64,000 nucleotides of DNA from an uncultured Candidatus Saccharibacteria bacterium (GCA_964478595.1 CAYZIN010000004.1:557-64556), one strand, 5' to 3'; shown: positions 20,931-29,798, numbered from the stretch's first letter. Notes: generated by a model not told the origin, from the sequence alone. Translations and numbers: made by a program.

Positions 20931-21940
20931 TAAAACTGCTCCAGGAATTTTAGGTTAGGCCGCCATAGGTATCTTAAGTCGTCTAGTTGGTACTTAACTG
21001 CCGCCAACCGCTCAATCCCGGTGCCAAAGGCAAACCCAGAATAGACTTCAGGGTCTATTCCAACGTTACGAAGCACCTGAGGGTGGACCATTCCGGATCC
21101 TAGAAGCTCAACCCAACCGGTATTGGCACAGGTCGCACAACCCTTACTCTGGCAGATCGGACAAGAGGCGTCCATCTCGATCGAAGGCTCGGTGTAGGGA
21201 AAGTAATTCGGACGCAAACGGATTTTGGCTTCCTTGCCAAACAGCGCCTGAGCCATCGCAAGTAGAGTTCCTTTTAAGTCGCCTATCCCGATCCCTCTAT
21301 CGACCACCAGCCCCTCAATTTGGGTGAACATCCAGATATGAGACGGGTCTTCGTCTTCGTTGCGGTAGACTTTGCCGGGCGCGATGATCCTAATCGGCGG
21401 TTGGTGTTTCTCCATATACCGAATCTGCACACTTGAAGTGTGCGTCCGCGGCAAATTTCCATCCTCCAGATAAAAAGTATCTTGCATGTCCCTGGCTGGA
21501 TGATCCTTACCGATATTTAAAGCTTCGAAGTTATACCACTCTGTCTCGATTTCAGGGCCGTCAGCCACTTTAAAACCAAGCTGCCAAAAAGCCTGCACCA
21601 CTTCGCGCAGAACCTGCGACACCGGATGTAAATGGCCAATAACGGGACCTGCCGGAGCGGTAAGATCTAGTAGATTGGATTTCACCTGACCCTCGAGGGC
21701 TGCACCCTTGAGCGTAGCTTGCTTTAGCTTTAACCACTGCTCTATTTTGGCCCGTGCCTGGTTGGCTGCTTGGCCGGCCTTAGCTCGATCCTTCTCGGGC
21801 AGCGTTCCTATTTTCTTCAGCTGTGCCGTCACCACTCCACTTCTGCCAAGATATTTAACCCTAAGCTGCTCAAGTTGCTTGAGCTCGGTTACCGAGTTTA
21901 TAGCTTTCTCGATATCAGCCAAGGTTTTTGTATCAATCAT
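20930..21940 (-). CDS. pheS: Phenylalanine--tRNA ligase alpha subunit
   Basis: Class II aaRS motifs (FRPNYFPYTEPS, GSGMVHP). Likely true start is MIDTKTLADIEKA at 21940, forming an ATGA overlap with the upstream gene; the tool start at 22066 is an upstream extension. Confidence 0.9.
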   Translation of the reverse strand: MIDTKTLADIEKAINSVTELKQLEQLRVKYLGRSGVVTAQLKKIGTLPEKDRAKAGQAANQARAKIEQWLKLKQATLKGAALEGQVKSNLLDLTAPAGPVIGHLHPVSQVLREVVQAFWQLGFKVADGPEIETEWYNFEALNIGKDHPARDMQDTFYLEDGNLPRTHTSSVQIRYMEKHQPPIRIIAPGKVYRNEDEDPSHIWMFTQIEGLVVDRGIGIGDLKGTLLAMAQALFGKEAKIRLRPNYFPYTEPSIEMDASCPICQSKGCATCANTGWVELLGSGMVHPQVLRNVGIDPEVYSGFAFGTGIERLAAVKYQLDDLRYLWRPNLKFLEQF

Positions 21941-22311
21941 GCCCGTGACCTCAAGAATACTTCTACCAAAAGCATGACAGCCAGGATTAAGCCGGCATCG
22001 CGCCAGGTTAGCTGTCGCAATGAGGACAAAGCTAAAACCGCCACGATGACTCCACCAATTAACCATCCCTGTCGCCAGGAGTTTTGTAGCAATTTCTCGG
22101 CGGTGTTTTGGATGCGTGGGATTTTTAGCTTGAGCCTAAATAAACTGCAGGCCACCAGATCGGCAGCTACTAGCAGCAGGATCAAAAACCAGACCGTTAC
22201 TCCAATCGGGCCGATCGACTTAGGCGTAATCGCAAACGTAGAAGCCACTAGAGCACCCAGCCCGGCCAAGCCAAAAACCAACATTAAAGAATAATTACTT
22301 CTCGCACTCAT
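21937..22311 (-). CDS. Small 3-TM membrane protein (124 aa)
   Basis: Hydrophobic helices. Translationally coupled to pheS. Confidence 0.5.
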   Translation of the reverse strand: MSARSNYSLMLVFGLAGLGALVASTFAITPKSIGPIGVTVWFLILLLVAADLVACSLFRLKLKIPRIQNTAEKLLQNSWRQGWLIGGVIVAVLALSSLRQLTWRDAGLILAVMLLVEVFLRSRA

Positions 22312-22320
22312 CTGTCTAGA

Positions 22321-22359
22321 TTATAACGGATCGGCTACCTTGAAACTATAACCATAAGC
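22321..22359. repeat. 39-nt exact direct repeat, copy 1 (ttataacggatcggctaccttgaaactataaccataagc)
   Basis: Identical to 22426..22464. Contains the core GAAACTATAACCATAAGC. Confidence 0.85.
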
Positions 22360-22425
22360 CGAACGGCTTCAAGCTTCTTTCCAATCCGTTGAAAGCTTCC
22401 CTTTATTTAAAGACGAGGAAGAAGC

Positions 22426-22464
22426 TTATAACGGATCGGCTACCTTGAAACTATAACCATAAGC
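22426..22464. repeat. 39-nt exact direct repeat, copy 2
   Basis: Identical to 22321..22359, 105 nt downstream of it. Confidence 0.85.
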
Positions 22465-22478
22465 TCAAACGGCTGAAA

Positions 22479-24191
22479 CTACGGCTTAAAGTGTTTAAGT
22501 TTGACGATTATCGGACCGCTGAGTCCGAGCAAGGCTGCCACAATGAGGGCTATATAAAGAGTCCTTGGCTGCGCTGGGTTACCAGCAGGGGTTGGGGCCG
22601 TTGTAGGATTAGTAACATTGCTTTCGTTTTGGGACGCAGTTCCGTTTGCATTATCGATCGCCGAAATCGTATTTCCCAGATCATAAAACCCGTTTGGGGT
22701 TGCTGGGGGCGAGGTTGGGGTTGCCGTTTGCGGAACTGGCTTTGTGATAGCCATCGAATAACTCCGCGAGTCGCTATAGGTCCCCCCGTCGCCATTAGTA
22801 TCCGTGACGGTAACGGTAAAACTGTAGCTGCCGACGGCAGTCGGTGTCCCATTGATTACTCCGGTAGACGAATTTAAGCTTAAGCCGGGCGGCAAAGCAC
22901 CAGAGCTCAGACTGAAATTGGGCGCACCCTGGCTACCCGATACTGGAATAGTCGAGGCGTAACTTGCACCCAATGTCCCGTCTGGCACCGTCGTTCCGGT
23001 AAGATGGACGAAATTGAAGACAAATACCTTCCCCCACTCATCTGACACAAACAACCGCCGCTCTTTCGAATCGTAGGCATCATCTATACCAGCAGGGTTG
23101 CAAAAAAGTGTCCCGTCGGCACTGCAATCGGTATTAGTGGTCGTGAAGTCTGCCTGATCCAAAACAGCGAAGGCGTCCTCACCATCACTAACAGATGACA
23201 TGTCAAAGCCGATTACTCGCCCATCGTCGGAATCATTTACAAACAACAGATGTTGACTCGGGTCATAAATTAAACCCCATACAAAACCAAAGCTGTGACG
23301 GGTAGCGCCGTCACTATTAAGGGTATTTAGGTCCGGCTGCCCGACCACATGAGTTGCTGGCATACCGTCGATGATTCCCAAAGAGAGGTCAAATACCATT
23401 ACTCTGTCCTGGGGGCCGTCACCGACCATCAGCATTTTTAGGGATGGGTCGTAGGCCAAACCGGTTGGCCCGTCGAAACCAAAGGCGTCACTATAGAAAT
23501 TTTCAGTCGAGAAGTCGGGCTGACCCAGGACGTTGCTAGCATCCATCCCATCGGTTATACCGCCGGAAAGATCAAACACCAACACTCGGTTGTTGCCCCA
23601 ATCGGCAACGAACAATCGGCTTTGATCAGCATCGTAGACTAATCCCATAACATTCGAGTTGATAGAGCTTTGATCCAGAGAGCCGCTGGGAGCTGTGTCG
23701 AAGTCCGGCTCGCCAAGCTCGTGACTGGCGTCCATGCCATCGATAACCCCACCCGACAAATCGAACACCAAGACTCGACCGTTACCCTGGTCAGCTACGA
23801 AGAGTCGGTTGTCGATCGCGTCGTATGCCACGCCCGCTGTGTGGTTGAACCCGGCGTGTCCCGCTCCCGGATTTGTACCGTTTAAATCGGTTTGCCCAAG
23901 CACATTGTCGGCTACATGGTCGAGGAGTTGGTTTTGGGAATCGAGATCATAAATTAGCACGCGGTTAGCGGTTGTATCACTCACAAACAAGCGATGATGA
24001 ACTGAATCGAGCGCGGTCGAGAAGGGCACGTTAAGAAAGGTGTCGTTTGTACCGGGCCCCATCTGATCGCTGGGGCCGTAAGGTGTAGCGGCTAGCGCTT
24101 TAGCAGAAAAAAGTGGAGACAGCACCAGCCAAGACAAAAATAATGCCAATCCGGCAAGCTTAACTTTGAAGAATTTTGATTTGGCGGACAT
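22479..24191 (-). CDS. NHL-repeat beta-propeller protein with C-terminal Ig-like region and a TM anchor
   Basis: Repeated blades of the form LFVSDTTANRVLIYDL, LFVADQGNGRVLVFDL and LFVADWGNNRVLVFDL. N-terminal signal peptide. Likely ATG start at 24191, preceded by GAGG; the tool start at 24209 is a TTG. Confidence 0.75.
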   Translation of the reverse strand: MSAKSKFFKVKLAGLALFLSWLVLSPLFSAKALAATPYGPSDQMGPGTNDTFLNVPFSTALDSVHHRLFVSDTTANRVLIYDLDSQNQLLDHVADNVLGQTDLNGTNPGAGHAGFNHTAGVAYDAIDNRLFVADQGNGRVLVFDLSGGVIDGMDASHELGEPDFDTAPSGSLDQSSINSNVMGLVYDADQSRLFVADWGNNRVLVFDLSGGITDGMDASNVLGQPDFSTENFYSDAFGFDGPTGLAYDPSLKMLMVGDGPQDRVMVFDLSLGIIDGMPATHVVGQPDLNTLNSDGATRHSFGFVWGLIYDPSQHLLFVNDSDDGRVIGFDMSSVSDGEDAFAVLDQADFTTTNTDCSADGTLFCNPAGIDDAYDSKERRLFVSDEWGKVFVFNFVHLTGTTVPDGTLGASYASTIPVSGSQGAPNFSLSSGALPPGLSLNSSTGVINGTPTAVGSYSFTVTVTDTNGDGGTYSDSRSYSMAITKPVPQTATPTSPPATPNGFYDLGNTISAIDNANGTASQNESNVTNPTTAPTPAGNPAQPRTLYIALIVAALLGLSGPIIVKLKHFKP

Positions 24192-24204
24192 TTTGGTTTT
24201 GTGC

Positions 24205-24240
24205 CTCAAAAAGCTTATGGTTAGATTCTACCTCGTTAAA
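24205..24240 (-). promoter_or_regulatory. Copy of the GTAGAA-CTA-ACCATAAGC intergenic motif, in minus orientation, just upstream of the NHL gene. It contains a TAGAAT -10-like hexamer.
   Basis: Minus-strand read is ggtttaacgaggTAGAATctaaccataagctttttgagg. It is related to the repeats at 22321/22426 and 25085..25140. Confidence 0.35.
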
Positions 24241-24303
24241 CCAGATTGGGCAACCAAATGGAAAGAGCTCATTGCTGAGCCCTTTCCAGACTTGCAACGA
24301 GCT

Positions 24304-24627
24304 CTACTTCTGAGCGTAAATCAGGCTGTGCCCAGCCTTGAACTCTGGTGCCGCCGGGTCCCCTCTTTGGAGCCCCAAGCCTGGCAGCTTGGCCGAGTGA
24401 TCGGTCAACCCTTTCGGGATATGCTGCTCGACCTCGGGCACATTGGCGCTCGACGTAAGCGCCGCCAGTTTGGTCGCACCGGTGGAAACCGGTCTTACTG
24501 CTGCGGGAGCGGCTTGGCTGGTCATCTCATGACCTGGTCCGCAATTTGCCGCAACCTTGCCACCTGTTGCCAGGACGGCCATGGCCGCGCCGGCTACTGC
24601 CACCCTGGCTACCAGTTTGGCTTGCAC
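24304..24627 (-). CDS. Possible small Ala-rich secreted protein (about 107 aa) with a GTG start
   Basis: AAGGGAGG lies 5 nt upstream of the GTG at 24627. Signal-peptide-like start MQAKLVARVAVAGAAMAVLATGG. The longer tool ORF (start 24687) would begin inside the terminator region. Confidence 0.3.
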   Translation of the reverse strand: MQAKLVARVAVAGAAMAVLATGGKVAANCGPGHEMTSQAAPAAVRPVSTGATKLAALTSSANVPEVEQHIPKGLTDHSAKLPGLGLQRGDPAAPEFKAGHSLIYAQK

Positions 24628-24710
24628 TACCACCTCCCTTGAGGTTGGAAATACCGAAACTACAGGAAGCATATCGTACGCCCACACCTGTAACCCGTCA
24701 AGGATTCAAC

Positions 24711-24736
24711 AAAAAAATCCCGAACAAAATCGGGAT
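24711..24736 (-). terminator. Strong rho-independent terminator on the minus strand
   Basis: Stem ATCCCGA / TCGGGAT, loop of 6 nt, followed on the minus strand by a 7-U tract (plus-strand aaaaaaa at 24711-24717). Confidence 0.75.
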
Positions 24737-25080
24737 ACGTTAACGGGGCGACTAGATCCGCCCATTATTTTGAAAATATGGCGCCTGTCGCCCCGTAGAC
24801 GGTTCCTACACCGAGTGGGCGTAGAAGCCGTAGAAAGAGCTCCAGCTTAAGGTGATGCTCGCATAACGACCCTCCGTTTACCTTAAAAGGCTGGCAATGC
24901 AGCCCCCACCACTGTGTGGCCGACCGGAGACCCGGACGCCGACTACCCCAGTGGGGTGAGTCCGAATTAGATATAAGGGGGATACATCTAATCCGGGCTG
25001 ACCCCACCGCCTGTGGAAGCTGATGTTTTATCGAGGAGAGACCCCGATGTTTTGGTTTTTAAAGAACCGAACATAACCAC
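24737..25080 (-). ncRNA. Candidate structured non-coding RNA (about 340 nt, GC-rich, nested hairpins). Identity unresolved; tmRNA or RNase P RNA are the candidates to test.
   Basis: There is no credible ORF. The only ORFs (24765..25007 and the plus ones) are low-complexity. Numerous GC-rich hairpins, e.g. GGGGCGAC...GTCGCCCC, CCGAATTAGAT...ATCTAATCCGG and CAGCCCGGA...UCCGGGUC. The region is bounded by the trpS stop and the strong terminator. Confidence 0.3.
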
Positions 25081-25084
25081 TTTA

Positions 25085-25140
25085 GCATAAGCTTTATGGT
25101 TGTGTCAAGACTCCTATGGTTGTAGTTTCTACATCGTTAC
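25085..25140 (-). repeat. Two adjacent copies of the ACCATA(A)AGC motif in minus orientation (GTAGAAACTACAACCATAGG and ACACAACCATAAAGCTTATGC), between the trpS stop and the candidate ncRNA
   Basis: 18/22 identity to the core of the 22321/22426 repeat. Contains a TCTTGACA -35-like octamer. Confidence 0.4.
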
Positions 25141-25150
25141 TTCGAGAGGG

Positions 25151-26137
25151 TTACAAAATTCCGACAGCTTTTTTTACCTCTTCCAGTTTTGGTTCAGCAA
25201 TCGCGTTGGCTTTTTCCCTACCCTGATCCAATACTTTCGCTAAGTGATCGGGGTCTTTGGTTATCTGATTAAAACTTTCTTGCAGCTTTAAGACATCAGC
25301 CGAGATTAAATCAGCTAAATCATGTTTGAAATTGCTATAACCCTGGCCTTCATACTCTTTTTCCAAAGTTTTAATAGTTTTCCCAGAAGCCGACGAGTAA
25401 ATAGTGAGTAAGTTTGAAATTGCGGGTTTGTCCGGCGAAAACTCTACATTATTGCCCGAATCTGTTACCGCCCCTTTAACTTTGTCTTCAATCACTTGTG
25501 GCGTATCGGACAATAGGATATTGCCCGAGTCGTCATCGTCGGATTTGCTCATCTTCTCATTTGGATTCTGCAGATTCATGATTCGGGTACCAGTTTCAGC
25601 CAAGGTTGCCACCGGCAATTTAAAGATGTTGCCGTAAAGCTTATTGAACCGGTCGGCGATATCCCTGGTCAGCTCTACATGTTGGCGCTGATCGTCTCCT
25701 ACCGGCACTTCATCGGGGCTGTAAAGCAAAATGTCAGCTGCCATCAACACTGGGTAATCGAATAATCCGACTAACTGGCCCTCTGATCCTATCTTGCGGG
25801 ATTTGTCCTTAAACTGCGTCATTCGAGATAACTCGCCCATGGTAACGTAATTATTCAGAATCCAGGCTAACTCCGAGTGAGCCGGAACGTGGGATTGCAT
25901 GAAAATAACAGCCTTATCCGGATCGATCCCGGCCGCCAGCAGCCAAGCAACGGCGTTTAGGCTGGCCTGTTGCAAAAATACCGGTTCAGGACGAACCGTT
26001 AAAGCATGAAGGTTAGGCACAAAATAGAAATTCTCCGTTTTGTCTTGGTCGGTCGCCCAATGCTTCATCGCACCAAGATAATTACCTAGAGTTGGTGTCT
26101 GGCTGGTCGGCTTTAATCCGGAGAGCAACCGCTTCAC
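25151..26137 (-). CDS. trpS: Tryptophan--tRNA ligase
   Basis: Class I aaRS. HIGH-like region and KMSKS (EKMSKSDDD) present. Confidence 0.95.
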   Translation of the reverse strand: MKRLLSGLKPTSQTPTLGNYLGAMKHWATDQDKTENFYFVPNLHALTVRPEPVFLQQASLNAVAWLLAAGIDPDKAVIFMQSHVPAHSELAWILNNYVTMGELSRMTQFKDKSRKIGSEGQLVGLFDYPVLMAADILLYSPDEVPVGDDQRQHVELTRDIADRFNKLYGNIFKLPVATLAETGTRIMNLQNPNEKMSKSDDDDSGNILLSDTPQVIEDKVKGAVTDSGNNVEFSPDKPAISNLLTIYSSASGKTIKTLEKEYEGQGYSNFKHDLADLISADVLKLQESFNQITKDPDHLAKVLDQGREKANAIAEPKLEEVKKAVGIL

Positions 26138-27087
26138 TCCTCTTCCTCCGCGCCCACTGCGGCGGGCTGTTTAAGGCTCTTTGGTTCGTTTCCGCCAGTT
26201 AGATGGTTGGCTGACTCGATCTTGGCGCCAAGGCGGTTAAAACTCGACGAGGCGTTATCCATTTGGGCCTTAGCGTTAGATAAATGCTTTTGGACTAAAT
26301 TAAATTCGTCGGCAAAACGCCGTGTGTCACCCTGAATATCCTTCAAGAAATTCATCACTTCCTTGGCCCGTTCCTCAATCATATCGCCTTCAAGCGACAA
26401 CAAGATGATACCGAGGTAGTAGGTAAAGGTATGCGGCGAGACCAGAAAGACTCGAAGCGAATTTGCATAAGAGTCTAGGTCGGTGTTGGTCATGATTTCG
26501 TAGTAGACCGCTTCTCCCGGAACATACATGAGGGCAAAATCGACCGTACCTTCTCCGGGTAAAATATATTTTTTAGCAATGTCGGTGATGTGTTTTTTTA
26601 CATCCGAAATGAATAGTTTGTGAGCGCTCGCCTTCTCGGCCTCGTCTTTGGCTTGAACGTATTTTAGATAATTTTCAACCGGAAACTTAGAGTCGATAGG
26701 AATTAGACCGTTCTTGGTCTTGATGACGGCGTCGACTTTGGCGTGGGTTTTAAACTCGTACTGCAAACGATAATTCCCCTTGGGAATATTTTGCTTAATC
26801 AGATCACCCATCAGCCGTTCGCCAACATTGCCGCGCAGTTTAGGAGACTTCAAGACGTCTTGAATATCCTTCAGGCCTCGGCCAAGCTCCTGCATTTTGC
26901 CGAGCTCGTTTTGGAGGCTACCAAACACTTCAGCTGCTCGATCAAGCCGCTGGTTCATGTTGGTTAAGTCCTGCTTGAGTAGACCCATCCCAGAGTCATT
27001 TTTGAGCTCCGAGATTTTGGTAAACAGCAGCAAGAAACCGCCAACGACGGCCGCTAAAACTACGACTCCTACCAGTAACGCTTCCAT
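26134..27087 (-). CDS. rmuC: DNA recombination protein RmuC
   Basis: N-terminal TM, coiled-coil, and conserved RmuC C-terminal domain. ATGA overlap with trpS. Confidence 0.8.
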   Translation of the reverse strand: MEALLVGVVVLAAVVGGFLLLFTKISELKNDSGMGLLKQDLTNMNQRLDRAAEVFGSLQNELGKMQELGRGLKDIQDVLKSPKLRGNVGERLMGDLIKQNIPKGNYRLQYEFKTHAKVDAVIKTKNGLIPIDSKFPVENYLKYVQAKDEAEKASAHKLFISDVKKHITDIAKKYILPGEGTVDFALMYVPGEAVYYEIMTNTDLDSYANSLRVFLVSPHTFTYYLGIILLSLEGDMIEERAKEVMNFLKDIQGDTRRFADEFNLVQKHLSNAKAQMDNASSSFNRLGAKIESANHLTGGNEPKSLKQPAAVGAEEEE

Positions 27088-27105
27088 AACGCTTATTCTA
27101 ACAGA

Positions 27106-27714
27106 TTAGGCGCGAACGCCGAGAGATTGCAGCTGAGTGACCAGCGGTTCGTAGCCGTTGAATTTGATAGCGACAATTCCCAGAGCCTCAGCCCCCGCTA
27201 CGTTTTCCGACAAATCATCGATAAAAATCATTTCCTGAGGGGCAACTCCCAAACCATCGGCCAGTTTTTGAAAGGCCTCTTTGTCCGGTTTACGACAGCC
27301 GATTTCGTTACTCATTAAAGCTACGTCGAACCGATCAAAAATATGACGAGTTCTATTAACCGCAACATGTGGAGCCGTCGTGTTTGATAGTAAACCGAGC
27401 TTGTAGCCGTTTGACCGTAGCCTATCGACCAGATCCAGCATGTGGGGAATTTCTGGAGTTTGTTGCTTTAGGTCACCAACCCAAAGGTCCAACATGCTTG
27501 GATCATATGATTCACCTAACCTACGCGCCACCTCCTGCCAAAACTGCTGCGGCGACATTTCACCCCTTTCGAACGGTTTCTCAACCTCTTCAAAAATCGG
27601 CTGAAGTTGGGTTATGGTAACTCCCAACTTTGCCATGGTCCGCTCATAAAAAACGTGGATGCTGTTTTGAATCAACACCCCGCCTAAATCAAAACCAATC
27701 GCTTTTATCGTCAT
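27106..27714 (-). CDS. HAD-superfamily hydrolase (phosphatase)
   Basis: Motif I FDLGGVL. C-terminal IFIDD motif. Confidence 0.8.
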   Translation of the reverse strand: MTIKAIGFDLGGVLIQNSIHVFYERTMAKLGVTITQLQPIFEEVEKPFERGEMSPQQFWQEVARRLGESYDPSMLDLWVGDLKQQTPEIPHMLDLVDRLRSNGYKLGLLSNTTAPHVAVNRTRHIFDRFDVALMSNEIGCRKPDKEAFQKLADGLGVAPQEMIFIDDLSENVAGAEALGIVAIKFNGYEPLVTQLQSLGVRA

Positions 27715-27770
27715 CTTACTTATCTTAAAACAAAAAAGGCCTCAGACGAGACCTCTTTTGCATTTAACGG

Positions 27771-28175
27771 CTATTTCCAGACCGCTAAAATCGCACCCAT
27801 CGAAACTAATGCCACTAGGTAATACCCAACGTTAATAATATAAAGCTCCCAGCTGCGATCCTCGAAAACCTTTAGACCGAGGAAAGTTGTCGCCACAAAC
27901 CCGAGCCAGGCCCATAGACCGGTAATAGCGCCGTCCATAGCCGTAGTTGAGTTGGTGTAAGCAACGAAATGAGCCAAGATGTAGGCCATTACCAACGCCC
28001 CTGCAAACATATATACGTACATTGTTGGTTTTGCTTTGATCTCGGCCTGGGTTTTACCTAGGGCCTTCATCCAGGGCTTAGCAAACAACGCCTTGGAATA
28101 CCAGATTGCGCCAATAATCATGTCTGCCACCCCGGCAACCAGCACAGCCACCATATTCACTGAAACAGTTGTCAT
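27771..28175 (-). CDS. 4-TM membrane protein (DUF-type)
   Basis: Hydrophobic helices throughout. Confidence 0.5.
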   Translation of the reverse strand: MTTVSVNMVAVLVAGVADMIIGAIWYSKALFAKPWMKALGKTQAEIKAKPTMYVYMFAGALVMAYILAHFVAYTNSTTAMDGAITGLWAWLGFVATTFLGLKVFEDRSWELYIINVGYYLVALVSMGAILAVWK

Positions 28176-28218
28176 AAAATATCACCGCCTTTCTGCCGAC
28201 AATTATCCGCCTATCAGG

Positions 28219-28986
28219 TTAGGGACGCAACTCAGCTTTACGGGAGGCATCAATGTATTGGCAATATTCGCAGTCCGGGCTCGAGGCTGGAAATTCGTTG
28301 GCGTTTAACGCGCGGTGAATCTCGGTAACTTTCGGTTCCACCCAAGAGTCGTCGCCCTTATAGGGTAGTAGCGTTAAGTGAAACTCCAGCTTGGCATCAA
28401 ACTTAGGTTTATCGTTTTGCCCGTTGGCGTAAACGAAGTAACCAGTCTGGCTGACGTTGAAACCATTTTGGCGCAGCAGCCATTGGTAGATCTCCATTTG
28501 TCGTTTATAAGACTGCTTCCACCTATCCTCTAGAGTAATTTCAGCGTTCTTACTGGTAGCTTTATAGTCAACTACGATTAACTCTTCGGCTGAATTGATC
28601 CAAATGTCATCAACCGCACCAAAAACCACGAAATTAGTGGGGACGTGGTGGTAACGCACCCCATGAAAGTTTTCCCGCCACTTCCCTAGGTTTGTGTGGC
28701 CGAACGGCACCGCGTCGACTGCGTAATGTTCCATGATTGGGTGGCGAGTGCCGGCTATCCGGTGGGCGTCAAACTCTTTTTTGAGTAGGGTGTCGACCGC
28801 AGAGTTGAGCAAAAATGGCGGAGTTGACGGCTTTGAAACGGCCAGCCGCCGGTCAAAGTAAAAGCAGCGCGGACAGCGAACGTAGTCCTCGATCTTCGAT
28901 CGACTGATTTCGTACGGTTTGGACGCACCCGGAGTATAGATGTTTCGCACCCTGTGATAAGCCACTAGCCTTACGGCAACCCCCAC
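28219..28986 (-). CDS. PD-(D/E)XK nuclease (Cas4/RecB-like) with a four-Cys cluster
   Basis: N-terminal CPRCFYFD motif. Core IVVDYKAT (D-x-K). C-terminal CEYCQY. No CRISPR or cas genes nearby. Confidence 0.6.
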   Translation of the reverse strand: MGVAVRLVAYHRVRNIYTPGASKPYEISRSKIEDYVRCPRCFYFDRRLAVSKPSTPPFLLNSAVDTLLKKEFDAHRIAGTRHPIMEHYAVDAVPFGHTNLGKWRENFHGVRYHHVPTNFVVFGAVDDIWINSAEELIVVDYKATSKNAEITLEDRWKQSYKRQMEIYQWLLRQNGFNVSQTGYFVYANGQNDKPKFDAKLEFHLTLLPYKGDDSWVEPKVTEIHRALNANEFPASSPDCEYCQYIDASRKAELRP

Positions 28987-29124
28987 TTTGCCTCTAATTT
29001 ACCATACTTATTATGACGAACAAAAAACGAACAGTCAAGCTTCTCTCTTGACTCATAGGAGTAAAATATTAAATAAGCAAAAGCGTAAAGCTTTGGGTCT
29101 CGTTCATTGAGGAAGGAGGCAGAG

Positions 29125-29637
29125 ATGGATTCCGATAAGCCGGTGTTGATGCCTTGCTGCAAAGCCGAGCTGTCGGTCGGGGAGTTGGTCATGCGATCGT
29201 TGATCCTGTATTGCGACAAGTACCCGGGTCTCTATGTGGTCCGGACGGCCTGTCCCAACAACCGCTGCCCCGTCGAGTTCACCTACCGGTTCAACCGGGT
29301 CGACAAGGTCGATGGCAAGGAATGCTATATCGACATCGTTAGCCCTTACCGCAAGCTCGGCAGTTTGGAGGTCCGAGACAACGATGCGACCCAGGAAATC
29401 TGCGATCGCTACCGCGAGCAGTTCGGTAACGAGCCCCTGTCCGGGCACCTGATCGGCTCCAACGCCGAGAAAGCCCTCAGGGACTTCCACCGGGAAATGA
29501 ACAACTTCGGGTTTGCCTGGCAGATCGAGACAGTCTGGGACAACGAGCCGCTCGATCTGGTCAGGGAAGTAACCAGCATGCAGCAGGAAGCCCGGCGTCG
29601 CTTCGGCTCACTCCACGATCTCCCCCGAAGCGCCTAG
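29125..29637 (+). CDS. Hypothetical Cys-rich protein (170 aa), GC-rich, next to tRNA-Pro
   Basis: GGAGG lies 6 nt upstream of the ATG at 29125. N-terminus MDSDKPVLMPCCKAEL...C...C..C. About 60% GC versus about 50% in flanking DNA. A hairpin terminator follows at 29650..29675. Confidence 0.5.
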   Translation: MDSDKPVLMPCCKAELSVGELVMRSLILYCDKYPGLYVVRTACPNNRCPVEFTYRFNRVDKVDGKECYIDIVSPYRKLGSLEVRDNDATQEICDRYREQFGNEPLSGHLIGSNAEKALRDFHREMNNFGFAWQIETVWDNEPLDLVREVTSMQQEARRRFGSLHDLPRSA

Positions 29638-29649
29638 CTCTAATTCGAA

Positions 29650-29690
29650 CGCCCCCGGTCACTCGACCGGGGGCGTGCACGTTTATAAAT
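29650..29690 (+). terminator. GC-rich hairpin (CGCCCCCGGTC / GACCGGGGGCG) after the 29125..29637 gene
   Basis: 11-bp stem with a 4-nt loop, followed by the T/A-rich gtttataaat. Confidence 0.45.
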
Positions 29691-29692
29691 CC

Positions 29693-29768
29693 TGGTCGGG
29701 GTGGCGGGACTCGAACCCACGGCCTCACGCACCCGAAGCGTGCGCGCTACCAACTGCGCCACACCCCG
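29693..29768 (-). tRNA. tRNA-Pro (anticodon CGG), CCA encoded
   Basis: Manual cloverleaf: acceptor CGGGGTG/CACCCCG, D-arm GCGC-AGTTGGTA-GCGC, anticodon stem CACGC/GCGTG with loop TTCGGGT (anticodon CGG, G37), T-arm GTGGG-TTCGAGT-CCCGC, discriminator A then CCA. The plus-strand ORF 29675..30004 overlaps it and is spurious. Confidence 0.85.
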
Positions 29769-29798
29769 AACCGGTAAATTATACCTTTGTTATCAGAG

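Noticed and set aside
24166-24642. 158-aa plus-strand ORF
   Set aside because: Overlaps the NHL gene start region. Cys/Arg-rich and improbable. The opposite-strand small ORF has an SD.
24737-25080. Attempt to call tmRNA or RNase P RNA here
   Set aside because: No tRNA-like T-arm or acceptor pairing, and no credible tag-peptide frame ending in AA-stop. The RNase P-like CCCGG helices are in the wrong order. Left as an unassigned ncRNA candidate.
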